Source: Candidatus Omnitrophota bacterium
GTDB lineage: Bacteria > Omnitrophota > Gorgyraeia > Gygaellales > Profunditerraquicolaceae
Reading direction: 5' to 3'
Length of the DNA: 38,302 nt
Assembly: GCA_049517335.1 (NCBI GenBank)
Contig: JBEKSD010000016.1
Coordinates: 1 to 38,302 of the forward strand
Shown here one piece after another: positions 1-8,862 of this stretch; the stretch's first letter is position 1; the number at the start of each line of letters is the position of its first letter. The position numbers and the translations under genes were made by a program. The notes below the pieces were generated by a model. The model was not told where the DNA came from. It was given only the letters and a program-made list of their open reading frames with translations, and made no database searches.

Positions 1-1
1 G

Positions 2-328
2 CAGCCTGTTTTATTATTTTTTTGGACCACCTGGTGCCCGTTTTGCCAGGTAGAAATAAGGAAAATATCCGAGCGGGCAGGCGAGTTGGCTAAGGCCGGT
101 ATTGAAGTACTCACCATTAATACCGGAGAATCAAAAAGCAGGGTTGAGCGCTTTATGCAAAGCCGCAAAATAAACCTGAAAACGTTGATTGATGAAGATA
201 CGGCTGTAAGTAATTCTTATAATATTCTTGGGGTGCCTACTTTTTATATTGTGGATAAACAGGGTAAAATTATTTTTGAAGGAAACAAATTCCCTGAAAA
301 TTTTAAGGAAATCATTACCAAGAAATAA
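2..328 (+). CDS. TlpA/ResA-family thiol-disulfide oxidoreductase (5' truncated by window edge)
   Basis: Frame is open from base 2: QPVLLFFWTTWCPFCQVE (WCxxC thioredoxin motif), continuing into the 86..328 ORF with GVPTFYIVDKQG (cis-Pro loop). Confidence 0.9.
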   Translation, partial: QPVLLFFWTTWCPFCQVEIRKISERAGELAKAGIEVLTINTGESKSRVERFMQSRKINLKTLIDEDTAVSNSYNILGVPTFYIVDKQGKIIFEGNKFPENFKEIITKK

Positions 329-343
329 CCTGACTGATTATTT

Positions 344-919
344 ATGGATAAAAAAATTGATGCTTTAATTGAGAATTGGAAAAAGAAGAATATTGAAGCA
401 TTTTTCTGCGCCAATAAGGACGATGTGCTAGCAAAACTGCTGGAATTAATCCCGCTTTTCGCCAGCGTGGGGTTCTCTGGTTCGCAAACCCTAGAGCAGC
501 TTGGGTTAGTTGAGAAATTAGAAAAGAGAGGCAATCAAACTTTTAATCCTTATAAAAACGGATTAAGTAAAGATGAGAGCTTAAAGGCTAGACGAGAAGG
601 AGTGGGAGCGGATTTTTACTTAGCCAGCGCCAATGCCATTTCGGAAAACGGTGAATTGGTGTTTTTGAGCGCTTACGGGAACCGGACAAGCGGTATCGCC
701 TACGCAAATAACGTTATCATAATTTGCGGAATAAATAAAATTACTCTTAACCTGGAAAAGGCATTAAAAAGGGCGAGAGAATTCGCTACGCCTTTAAATT
801 ACAAGCGCCTAAATTGGGATAGTTCCCGGCAAATGTGCTGCCAGGTGTTGATTATTGAAGGCGAAGTCGCTTTAGGTAGATTCAAGGTTATTTTAGTAGA
901 TAAAAATCTGGGATTCTGA
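344..919 (+). CDS. LUD-domain (lactate utilisation-like) protein
   Basis: VGFSGSQTL, ADFYLASANAISENGELV, GNR, GINKI and C-terminal LGF match the LUD/DUF1121-type family. Confidence 0.8.
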   Translation: MDKKIDALIENWKKKNIEAFFCANKDDVLAKLLELIPLFASVGFSGSQTLEQLGLVEKLEKRGNQTFNPYKNGLSKDESLKARREGVGADFYLASANAISENGELVFLSAYGNRTSGIAYANNVIIICGINKITLNLEKALKRAREFATPLNYKRLNWDSSRQMCCQVLIIEGEVALGRFKVILVDKNLGF

Positions 920-928
920 GGAGAAAAT

Positions 929-1214
929 ATGTTTGATAAAATGAAACAACTGCTGGAAATGCAGAAGAAGATGCAGGAGATGAAGAGGGAGCTTGAGAAT
1001 ACGGATTTTGAAATTTCAAGCTCTGACGGTCTGGTCAAATTGACAATGACCGGCGCACAGGAAGTAAAAAATATAAGTATCCAGGGCGATAGATAAGGCT
1101 GACCTTGAAAAATCCGTTAAAGACGCTTATAATAGTGCAGTTAAGCGTTCGCATGAAATTGCCGCCTCAAAAATGAAGAACATAGCAGGTTTTAATATTC
1201 CGGGGCTTACCTAA
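929..1214 (+). pseudogene. ybaB: YbaB/EbfC nucleoid-associated protein, frameshifted
   Basis: GAGGAG then ATG 929: MFDKMKQLLEMQKKMQEMKRELENTDFEISSSDGLVKLTMTGAQEVKNISIQGDR, stop TAA 1094-1096. The C-terminal half DKADLEKSVKDAYNSAVKRSHEIAASKMKNIAGFNIPGLT is in the +1 frame to TAA 1212-1214. Absent from the ORF track. Confidence 0.85.
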
Positions 1215-1218
1215 AAAT

Positions 1219-1617
1219 ATGAAAGAAAAAAAAGATTTTTATCAGGTTATTGAAGATATCTGTAGTAAAGACCCCCGCTATAAGCCCGATGCTTACGAAT
1301 TTGTAATGCAGGCTTTGTATTTTACCCAGAAGAAGATAAAGCGGCAGGGCCATATGAGTGGAAAGGAACTCCTCCAGGGTATCCGTGATTTTGCCGCGCA
1401 GGAATACGGCCCTATGGCGAAAACCCTACTTTACCATTGGGGGATTACCAAGACGGACGATTTCGGAAACATCGTTTTTAATATGATTGAGAAGAAAGTC
1501 CTTTCCAAAAACGAAGATGATTCCGTTAGCGATTTTAAGAACGTTTATGATTTTGAAAAAACCTTCGGAAACATTTTACGCGAAAGCGTAATCAGGGAGA
1601 TGTCAAAAGTAAAATGA
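1219..1617 (+). CDS. Minf_1886 family (Planctomycete/Verrucomicrobia-restricted) protein
   Basis: DPRYKPDAYEFVMQAL...HMSGKELL...YGPMAKT...WGITKTDDFGNIVFNMIE...DFKNVYDF signature. Confidence 0.85.
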   Translation: MKEKKDFYQVIEDICSKDPRYKPDAYEFVMQALYFTQKKIKRQGHMSGKELLQGIRDFAAQEYGPMAKTLLYHWGITKTDDFGNIVFNMIEKKVLSKNEDDSVSDFKNVYDFEKTFGNILRESVIREMSKVK

Positions 1618-2633
1618 CCCGACTAAGCGGCTTACCCCTTGCGATCGGAAGCCTGCCGCATAAAGACGCAGAAGAAGCAGTAGATTTAATTTTTAAATAC
1701 CTTCCGGCTACGCCTTTCTGGCCGCAGCTGCCCAAGCTTAATAAACGCGAAGGCATGGTCCGACAATTTCTTGAGAAATTCCCTATTCCGTATTATAGCG
1801 AGGGGGAAACGGGATTAGAAGAGTTTTATGAGAAAATCACTAATCGCGATATTGAATATTTTAAGATAAGTAAAGATTACGCCGCGGGTTTATACGCCTT
1901 TAAGGACAGGCTGAAAAATAATCCCGGTTTATTAAAAAATATCAAATTTATCAAATGCCAGATTACCGGGCCGTTTACAGCCGCAGCTAGCACCAAGAAT
2001 GAAAATGGGGATATTTACCTGAATGACCCGGTATTTTTGCAGGTTTTTAAAGAGGGGTTAAAGATGAAGGCCCTTTGGCAGCTTGATTTTTTTAAGGAAT
2101 TTAACAAGCCGGTAATATTATTTATAGATGAACCTTATTTAAGCGCTTTCGGCTCTGCTTTCACCCCTGTAAACCGTGATGATGTTATCAGGGGCTTGGG
2201 GGAATTGGCTGCAGGCATTAAATCCGATACTGCCCTCATAGGGCTGCACTGCTGCGGCAATACCGATTGGTCGATTTTTACGGATATTCCCGGTATTAAC
2301 ATCATAAATTTTGATGCTTTTGAATTCCGGGACAGGTTTGTGCTTTATGCTGATTCCTTAGCACATTTCTTAAAGAGAGGCGGCTTTATCTGCTGGGGGA
2401 TAGTGCCTACTGAAGGGTATTCTGAGAGCATAACCCCGGATTCACTGTTTGAAAGGATAGAAAATGGGGTAGAGGCGCTCTCAAAAAAGGGGTTAAACCG
2501 GGAGCTGCTCTATAATCAGATGTTCCTGAGTCCTGCTTGCGGTTTAGGTAGCCTTGATATAGGTAAGTCCGAGAAGATACTCAAAACTCTTAGCGAAACT
2601 GCGGAAATCCTGCGAAAAAAGCCTCCAAAATAA
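1614..2633 (+). CDS. Core (single-barrel) cobalamin-independent methionine synthase-like protein, MesB/core-MetE type
   Basis: 339 aa; IGSLPH, PFWPQLP, QITGPFT, FIDEPYL, zinc ligands HCCG and SPACGLG; no N-terminal folate-binding barrel. Confidence 0.75.
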   Translation: MTRLSGLPLAIGSLPHKDAEEAVDLIFKYLPATPFWPQLPKLNKREGMVRQFLEKFPIPYYSEGETGLEEFYEKITNRDIEYFKISKDYAAGLYAFKDRLKNNPGLLKNIKFIKCQITGPFTAAASTKNENGDIYLNDPVFLQVFKEGLKMKALWQLDFFKEFNKPVILFIDEPYLSAFGSAFTPVNRDDVIRGLGELAAGIKSDTALIGLHCCGNTDWSIFTDIPGINIINFDAFEFRDRFVLYADSLAHFLKRGGFICWGIVPTEGYSESITPDSLFERIENGVEALSKKGLNRELLYNQMFLSPACGLGSLDIGKSEKILKTLSETAEILRKKPPK

Positions 2634-2638
2634 TTTAT

Positions 2639-2667
2639 TTGACAATTTACAATAATAGTTATATGAT
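2639..2667 (+). promoter_or_regulatory. Sigma70-type promoter of the por operon
   Basis: TTGACA(2639-2644)-N17-TATGAT(2662-2667), 33 nt before the porC ATG. Confidence 0.7.
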
Positions 2668-2700
2668 ATTGAAACATTTTTTGAGTGGGGATATAAATTT

Positions 2701-3252
2701 ATGAAAGAAATCAGAATTCATGCTCGCGCAGGCCAGGGCGCAATTACTACAGCGTCGCTTTTAGGCTACGCCTATTTTTTAAAAGGCATGTATCCTTATG
2801 CCTTTCCGCATTTTGGCGCAGCGAGGATGGGAGCACCGATGAATGCTTTTGTGCGTGTTGACTCAAAGCCGGTGCGCTTAAGGAGCCAGATTTATGAGCC
2901 GGATTACATTATCATAATGGATGCCACCCTCATGCGCGGATTCAATTGTCTTTCAGGGCTAAAAGATAAAGGTATTGTTGTAGTTAACCAGAGAGAAGGC
3001 ATGGAGCTGCCTAAGGCAGGTGTATCTCAAAAAGTTTTAGTGGTCCCGGCCACCGAAATTGCAATGAGGACTATTAAGCGGCCTTTGGGCAATACCGCTT
3101 TAATCGGGGCGTTCGCCGCGGCAACAGGCGAACTTGAGTTGGACGCAGTTTTAGAGGCGATTAAAAAGAGGTTCTCCGGAGCAGCCCAAGAGGCAAATAT
3201 TGAAGCGGTAAAGCAGGGTTTTAATTTTATTAAAGATATGAAGGAGAAATAA
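2701..3252 (+). CDS. porC: Pyruvate/2-oxoacid:ferredoxin oxidoreductase gamma subunit
   Basis: EIRIHARAGQGAIT, FPHFGAARMGAP, IYEPDYIII, NTALIGA. Confidence 0.9.
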   Translation: MKEIRIHARAGQGAITTASLLGYAYFLKGMYPYAFPHFGAARMGAPMNAFVRVDSKPVRLRSQIYEPDYIIIMDATLMRGFNCLSGLKDKGIVVVNQREGMELPKAGVSQKVLVVPATEIAMRTIKRPLGNTALIGAFAAATGELELDAVLEAIKKRFSGAAQEANIEAVKQGFNFIKDMKEK

Positions 3253-3254
3253 GG

Positions 3255-3509
3255 ATGTTCGGCCCCCTGGTAGTTAAGCACGGCTCAAGCAAAGGCACTA
3301 AGACAGGCTCATGGCGCGTTGAAACTCGGCCTAAATTCCTGCAGAAGAATTGTATCGGCTGTAAGATGTGCCTTTCCGTCTGCCCGGAATCATGTATTTA
3401 CGGCGAGGGCAAGAATACTTATTATTGCGATTATAATTACTGCAAGGGTTGCGGTAACTGCGCGTTTATCTGCCCCAAAAAAGACATTGAAATGATTAAA
3501 GAGGAATAA
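3255..3509 (+). CDS. porD: Pyruvate/2-oxoacid:ferredoxin oxidoreductase delta subunit (2x[4Fe-4S])
   Basis: KTGSWR..RP; CIGCKMCLSVCP and CKGCGNCAFICP. Confidence 0.9.
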   Translation: MFGPLVVKHGSSKGTKTGSWRVETRPKFLQKNCIGCKMCLSVCPESCIYGEGKNTYYCDYNYCKGCGNCAFICPKKDIEMIKEE

Positions 3510-3511
3510 AT

Positions 3512-4693
3512 ATGAAACAATTCCTGGAAGGTTCCCACGCCGTAGCTGAAGCAGTAAAATTATGTAAGCCTGGAGTTGTTTCCGCTTATCCGATAACCCC
3601 GCAGACCCATATTGTAGAAGACCTCGCCCAAATGGTGGCAAACGGAGAATTAAAATCCCAGTTTGTCAACGTTGAAAGCGAACACTCCGCAGCTTCCGTA
3701 GTCCTCGGCTCCGAGGCAACCGGGGTGCGTTCCTACACCGCGACAAGTTCACAGGGGCTGTTCTATATGGCTGAAGTCATCTTTAATATTGCCGGTCTGC
3801 GCCTTCCGCTGGTTATGACTGATGCCAACCGCGCAATCTCCGCACCTATAAATATCTGGAATGACCAGCAGGATACTGTTTCTCTGCGCGATGCCGGCTG
3901 GATTCAGCTTTACGCCGAAGATATACAGGAAGCAGTGGATTTACACTTTATGGCTTACCGCATTGCCGAAGACAAGAGTATGATGCTTCCGGTAATGGTA
4001 TGCATGGACGGATTTATTTTAACCCACGGAATTGAGACCGTGGATATGCCCACTCAAGAGATGGTGGATAAATTCCTGCCTCCTTATAATCCTTTATATA
4101 AGCTTGATGTAAATGACCCGGTGACTTTAGGGCCGTTGGTTGATCCCGATTCATACGCGGAAACACGTTACGCAATACAGAAAACCCACGAAGAAGCGCT
4201 CAAGTTCATACCGAAAATAATGAATGATTTTTCCAAAGTATCCGGCCGTAATTACGGCAGTTTAGTTGAAGGCTACCAGCTTAAGGATGCGGAGCGAGTA
4301 ATCGTGGCAATGGGTTCGGTTTGCGGCACAATTAAAGACGTAATTGATGAATTGAGGGCTAAAGGAAAAAAATTCGGGTTGCTTAAAATCGTCAGTTACC
4401 GGCCTTTCCCGGCGCAGGAGATATATGATGCCTTAAAGAATGCGGGAAAAGTCGCCGTTATAGACAGGGCTTTATCATTAGGTTCTTATGCACCCCTTGC
4501 CGCGGATATAAAAAGTGCTTTCTTCGGGAAAAAGAAAGGCCCGAAAGTAATCAGTAGTTTTATCGTCGGCCTCGGCGGACGCGATATTACCAAGCATTCT
4601 ATCAAAGAAATTTTACGCCTACTTACTACGAAAGAGCTGGAAGGTGAATTTATAGATTTAAAGCCTGAGTTATTGAAGGAGAATTATGAATGA
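3512..4693 (+). CDS. porA: Pyruvate:ferredoxin oxidoreductase alpha subunit
   Basis: AYPITPQT, VESEHSA, TATSSQGL, DGFILTH, GLGGRD. Confidence 0.93.
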   Translation: MKQFLEGSHAVAEAVKLCKPGVVSAYPITPQTHIVEDLAQMVANGELKSQFVNVESEHSAASVVLGSEATGVRSYTATSSQGLFYMAEVIFNIAGLRLPLVMTDANRAISAPINIWNDQQDTVSLRDAGWIQLYAEDIQEAVDLHFMAYRIAEDKSMMLPVMVCMDGFILTHGIETVDMPTQEMVDKFLPPYNPLYKLDVNDPVTLGPLVDPDSYAETRYAIQKTHEEALKFIPKIMNDFSKVSGRNYGSLVEGYQLKDAERVIVAMGSVCGTIKDVIDELRAKGKKFGLLKIVSYRPFPAQEIYDALKNAGKVAVIDRALSLGSYAPLAADIKSAFFGKKKGPKVISSFIVGLGGRDITKHSIKEILRLLTTKELEGEFIDLKPELLKENYE

Positions 4694-5564
4694 TACTTTA
4701 TTTTCCGTAGGCCATACGGCATGCGCCGGCTGCGGCCAGTCATTAGCCGCGCGCCTGGTAATTGATGCCGCGGGAAAAAATACGATAGTGGTGAATAACA
4801 CCGGCTGCCTGGAGGTTTTTTCCACCAAGTTCCCGGAGTCAGCGTGGGAAGTGCCCTGGATTCATTCTTTATTTGAAAATGCTGCTGCGGTTGCCTCCGG
4901 AGTAGAAGCAGCGCTTAAATACCTTGGCACAAAAGATAATATAAATGTAATCGCGCAGGGCGGGGACGGCAGCACAGCTGATATCGGCCTTCAGGCGCTC
5001 TCAGGCATGCTTGAGCGCGGCCACGATATTCTTTATGTCTGTTATGATAACGAGGCCTATATGAATACGGGCATCCAGCGCTCCGGTCTTACTCCTTTTG
5101 ATACAAATACTACAACTAGCCCTGTGGGCGCAGAATCCTCCGGAAATATCCACCCTAAGAAACCTATGCCGGAGATTGCCGTGGCGCACGGCATACCCTA
5201 TGTTGCTACCGCTTCCTCGGGATTTGCACAGGACTTACAGCGTAAAGTTAAAAAGGCGCTTTCAATCAAAGGGCCGAAATACATTCAGGTGCATGCGCCA
5301 TGCCCGTTAGGGTGGAGGTATGAGTCGAATATCTTAGTGCAGATATCAAAGTTAGCGGTTGAAACCGGGCTCTATCCTTTGGTTGAGTATGAATACGGCG
5401 TATTAGCCGCAAGGCGCCAGATTACCCCTAAACCTGTCGAGGAATACCTGAAATTACAAGGCAGGTTCAAACACCTTCTGAAGAACTCCGAGGAACTGAA
5501 GAAGGTTCAGGATATCGCGGATAGTAATATTAAGAAGTACGGCTTGAAAGCGGAAACGGTCTAA
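4686..5564 (+). CDS. porB: Pyruvate:ferredoxin oxidoreductase beta subunit (TPP-binding)
   Basis: GHTACAGCG, TGCLEV, GGDGSTADIG, YDNEAYMNTGIQRS, PCPLGW. Confidence 0.93.
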   Translation: MNDTLFSVGHTACAGCGQSLAARLVIDAAGKNTIVVNNTGCLEVFSTKFPESAWEVPWIHSLFENAAAVASGVEAALKYLGTKDNINVIAQGGDGSTADIGLQALSGMLERGHDILYVCYDNEAYMNTGIQRSGLTPFDTNTTTSPVGAESSGNIHPKKPMPEIAVAHGIPYVATASSGFAQDLQRKVKKALSIKGPKYIQVHAPCPLGWRYESNILVQISKLAVETGLYPLVEYEYGVLAARRQITPKPVEEYLKLQGRFKHLLKNSEELKKVQDIADSNIKKYGLKAETV

Positions 5565-5590
5565 ACTTTTTAGCTAAAAAGGAGGCTAAT

Positions 5591-6070
5591 ATGGGAAAAC
5601 AAGCAAGGGCAATAGTTGATTTAAGCCTGAAAGAACTGGTAAAAGATCTGAATAAAGCTTATGCGGACGAATGGCTGGCATTTTACCTTTATTGGTATAT
5701 GGCTCAGATCGTTTCCGGCAGGTCATACGAAGATATAGCGGAATTTTTGAATAAAATAGCCAAAGAGGAACTTGAGCATGCAGGAGAGCTCGCGGATCTA
5801 ATCGTAAAATTAGGCGATACTCCTATTGCTAACCCGATGGAGTTAGAAAAAAATGCCAACGCGCCGTATCTTATGCCGCCTAAGAATACCACGGATATAA
5901 ACAGGATTATCCGTATTGTTACCGAAGCTGAAGCTGCGGCGATAGATGTTTATAACAAGATTGCCAAAAAAACATTGGGTAAAGATAACGTTACTTATCA
6001 GCTGGTAACGCACATCTTAGCCGAAGAAGTTAACCACGAAGAGATATTTGAGAATCTTCTTGAAAGATAA
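5591..6070 (+). CDS. Ferritin-superfamily protein, DPS-like (DPSL) type
   Basis: AGGAGG RBS; LNKAYADEWLA, EELEHA, E..AI..Y, KD.VTY, EEVNHEE di-iron ligand pattern. Confidence 0.85.
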   Translation: MGKQARAIVDLSLKELVKDLNKAYADEWLAFYLYWYMAQIVSGRSYEDIAEFLNKIAKEELEHAGELADLIVKLGDTPIANPMELEKNANAPYLMPPKNTTDINRIIRIVTEAEAAAIDVYNKIAKKTLGKDNVTYQLVTHILAEEVNHEEIFENLLER

Positions 6071-6084
6071 GGGAGCAAAGAAAA

Positions 6085-6270
6085 ATGGCGAAAATTACAG
6101 TTGATGCTTCAACCTGCGTGGGTTGCGGTTTATGCGAACAGACCTGCCCGGAAGTCTTTGAAGTGCAGGGCGACGGTATTGCGCATGTTAAGTCCCAAAA
6201 TGCCGTATCCTGTAATCTGCAAGAAGTAGCTGACTCTTGCCCGGTAAATTCGATTAAAATCAGCCAATAG
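6085..6270 (+). CDS. Monocluster [4Fe-4S] ferredoxin
   Basis: CVGCGLC...CPEVF...C...CPVNSI; 61 aa. Confidence 0.9.
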   Translation: MAKITVDASTCVGCGLCEQTCPEVFEVQGDGIAHVKSQNAVSCNLQEVADSCPVNSIKISQ

Positions 6271-6277
6271 CCAGTAC

Positions 6278-7672
6278 CTATTGAGCTTTTTCTTTGAGGC
6301 CTTCTAGGAATTTCGAGAAGGCCTCTTGTTTTTTCTGGCTGATTAGCTTAAGCGAGAATTCGTCCTTCTCTTCGGCGAATCTCTTAGCTTCGGGTTCTAT
6401 TGATTGTTTTAGCCTGATAATATAATAACCGGACGGCATGTTGATTATGCCGCTTGCCGCATCCGGTTTTAATTTGTCCGCCTCAAGCCAGAGTTTATCT
6501 GAAGCGCCTATCCCTTCAATATAACTGTTCAGTTGGAATAAATCGGTAGAGCCTGTTTTTAATCCCGTCTTTTTCGCGATAAGGTTAAAGTCGCCTTTGC
6601 CCGCGGTTTCTTTAATCAATTTTAAGGCGTCTTCTATCTTCTCTTTAGCAAGCCCTTCGTTTTTCTCTTTAATGAACGAATCTTTGACCTTTGTTTTAAT
6701 TTTTTCAAATTCTGGGATATTCGGTTCTTTTCTTCTTTTCAGGCGCATAAAATAATATTTGTTATCCATAGTCATTGGTTCGGCATACTGGCCGATTTTT
6801 AATTTAGCCACCATTTCCGACATTACCGGAGACCAGCCTAAGCCCGGTATAGGGTCGTTTTGGCTAAAAAAGCCGGTTTCTTTAATCGCTACACCGTACT
6901 TTTGCGCTATTTTTTCAAGTCCTTGGTTTTTCTTGATTAGCCCTGCCGCATCCCTGGCTTTCTGCAGGTCATCCAATGCTACGTACTCTATATTCAAGGA
7001 AAGCCTTTCTTTAAATTGAGCCGGATCATTCTTGTAATATTCTATCAGCTCATTTTCGGCAGGTGAAATTTCTTTTGAGAATTCAGCCGGGAGGGCCGCA
7101 AGGTAATAGACTGATATTTTCTTATTTTGCTTGCGGTATTCTTCTCTGATTTGGTCGTCGGTTAAATTGATCCCGTCGGTATATTGTTTATAAAGTTTCG
7201 TAAGCATCATATTCTGGCGCACCTGCTCTTCAAAGGCGCGCGGCTGAATATGCAGGCCGTATTCTAAGGTTTGGTTATAATTTTTTACGTCAAATTGACC
7301 CCTGGTCATTAAGAACGGGTAACTTTCAATCTGCTCAATTACTTCTTTATCGCTTACCCTGATTTTGCGTATCTTTGCCTCATGGAGTAATATGAGCCTG
7401 TTTATGGCTTCAGCTTCAAAATTAAGGTATTGCTGCATCTGGCTGTATTTTTCTCCAAACTGTATCACGGCCTGTATCCTCACCGCATCCAGGGCATCTT
7501 TGAACTCAAGCGCGGAAATATTCCGGCCGAACAATTTTCCCACCGGCGCATTCTCTTCCCGGCTGCGGAAAGCGCTGCCGAATCCCCAAAGCGTAAATGC
7601 CGGGATGATGATTATTGCCAGGCCTATCCATATTCTTTTAGCTGTTTTCTTGTTGCGCAGTACTTTAAGCAT
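6278..7672 (-). CDS. SurA N-terminal domain / PpiD-like membrane-anchored periplasmic chaperone
   Basis: Basic N-terminus plus one TM helix (MLKVLRNKKTAKRIWIGLAIIIIPAFTLWG), SurA_N pattern (LILLHEAK..KIRVSDKEV...GQFD..Y), rotamase-like repeats. Start moved to 7672: AAGGAGG precedes that ATG and a promoter lies at 7701-7728. Confidence 0.8.
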   Translation of the reverse strand: MLKVLRNKKTAKRIWIGLAIIIIPAFTLWGFGSAFRSREENAPVGKLFGRNISALEFKDALDAVRIQAVIQFGEKYSQMQQYLNFEAEAINRLILLHEAKIRKIRVSDKEVIEQIESYPFLMTRGQFDVKNYNQTLEYGLHIQPRAFEEQVRQNMMLTKLYKQYTDGINLTDDQIREEYRKQNKKISVYYLAALPAEFSKEISPAENELIEYYKNDPAQFKERLSLNIEYVALDDLQKARDAAGLIKKNQGLEKIAQKYGVAIKETGFFSQNDPIPGLGWSPVMSEMVAKLKIGQYAEPMTMDNKYYFMRLKRRKEPNIPEFEKIKTKVKDSFIKEKNEGLAKEKIEDALKLIKETAGKGDFNLIAKKTGLKTGSTDLFQLNSYIEGIGASDKLWLEADKLKPDAASGIINMPSGYYIIRLKQSIEPEAKRFAEEKDEFSLKLISQKKQEAFSKFLEGLKEKAQ

Positions 7673-7700
7673 CTTAATCCTCCTTAAATGTAATATAGCC

Positions 7701-7728
7701 ATTATAGTCAAAATAAGCGGCTTTGCAA
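7701..7728 (-). promoter_or_regulatory. Sigma70-type promoter for the PpiD/SurA-like gene
   Basis: Minus strand TTGCAA-N16-TATAAT. Confidence 0.6.
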
Positions 7729-7752
7729 CCAAAAATCCCTAAACATTTTCTC

Positions 7753-7781
7753 TTTACAAACTGGTAATCTACGGATATAAT
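7753..7781 (+). promoter_or_regulatory. Sigma70-type promoter for hisG operon (divergent from previous)
   Basis: TTTACA-N17-TATAAT. Confidence 0.65.
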
Positions 7782-7823
7782 TATAAGCCGTGTCAGTTGA
7801 ACTAATTAAGGGGATATAACGAT

Positions 7824-8708
7824 ATGAAAAATAAAGTTTTAAAATTGGGTTTGCCCAAAGGCAGCCTTCAGGAATCTACCTTTAAAATCTTTAAAAAAGC
7901 GGGTTTTAACGTTAATCTACCCAGCGAACGCTCATATTTTCCGTCTATAGACGACGTAGAGATTGAACCGGTGCTCCTGCGTGCGCAGGAGATGTCGCGT
8001 TATGTGCAGGACGGCGCGTTAGATTGCGGCATTACCGGCAATGACTGGATATTGGAGAATAAATCCGATGTGGTCAGGGTCACTGACCTGATTTATGCCA
8101 AGCAGGGCTTAAACAAGGTGCGTTGGGTGCTGGCAGTGCCGCAGGATTCAGGGATTAAGTCGGTTAAGCAGTTAAACGGCAAACGCGTAGCTACCGAACT
8201 GGTTAACGTCACCAAAGATTATTTTGCGAAAAACAAAGTCAAGGTTGAAATTGAGTTTTCCTGGGGGGCGACGGAAGTGAAGGTCAGCGCCGGCCTGGTT
8301 GATGCCATCGTGGAACTCACTGAGACGGGAAGGTCATTAAGGGCGAACAAGCTTACTGAAATTGCCACTCTTTGCGAATCGACAACGCAGTTTATCGCCA
8401 ATAAAACTTCGTATAAAGACGCCTGGAAAAAAGCTAAAATAGGGGAGATTGCGTTGCTCTTAAAAGGCGCAATATCTGCGGAAGAAAAAGTGGGCTTGAA
8501 GATGAATGTCAGGAAAGGCGATTTGAATAAGGTTTTAGCGAAACTCCCGGCATTAAAGAAGCCGACAATTTCAGGCCTATCCGAGGGCGGTTGGCTTGCC
8601 ATTGAAACTATTATTGATGAAAGAGTGGTCCGTACTTTAATCCCCGAACTTAAAAAAGCAGGCGCAGAGGGGATTATAGAATACCCCTTGAATAAAGTAA
8701 TTTATTAG
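7824..8708 (+). CDS. hisG: ATP phosphoribosyltransferase, long form
   Basis: [42 protein letters not shown]-terminal regulatory domain (PTIS.L...GAEGI). Confidence 0.96.
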   Translation: MKNKVLKLGLPKGSLQESTFKIFKKAGFNVNLPSERSYFPSIDDVEIEPVLLRAQEMSRYVQDGALDCGITGNDWILENKSDVVRVTDLIYAKQGLNKVRWVLAVPQDSGIKSVKQLNGKRVATELVNVTKDYFAKNKVKVEIEFSWGATEVKVSAGLVDAIVELTETGRSLRANKLTEIATLCESTTQFIANKTSYKDAWKKAKIGEIALLLKGAISAEEKVGLKMNVRKGDLNKVLAKLPALKKPTISGLSEGGWLAIETIIDERVVRTLIPELKKAGAEGIIEYPLNKVIY

Positions 8709-8750
8709 TTAACCGGAAGCTAACTGATTGATTGAAAGGAGCGAGGTTAA

Positions 8751-8852
8751 ATGCCTTGCGGAAAAAAAAGAAAACGAAGAAAAATACGCACCCATAAGAG
8801 AAAAAAGATGCGTCGTCGTCTTCGTCATTTAAAGAAGAGAGCCTGGGGTTAA
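8751..8852 (+). CDS. Small basic protein, AURKAIP1/COX24 (bS22/mS38-like) family
   Basis: MPCGKKRKRRKIRTHKRKKMRRRLRHLKKRAWG (33 aa) behind AAGGAGCGAGG; MPxGKKRKRxKxxxHKRKK signature. Below the ORF-track cutoff. Confidence 0.85.
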   Translation: MPCGKKRKRRKIRTHKRKKMRRRLRHLKKRAWG

Positions 8853-8862
8853 GGCGCGGTAA

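Noticed and set aside
2645-2670. Fur/PerR box in the por promoter spacer
   Set aside because: About four mismatches to the PerR consensus in very AT-rich DNA; not distinguishable from chance.
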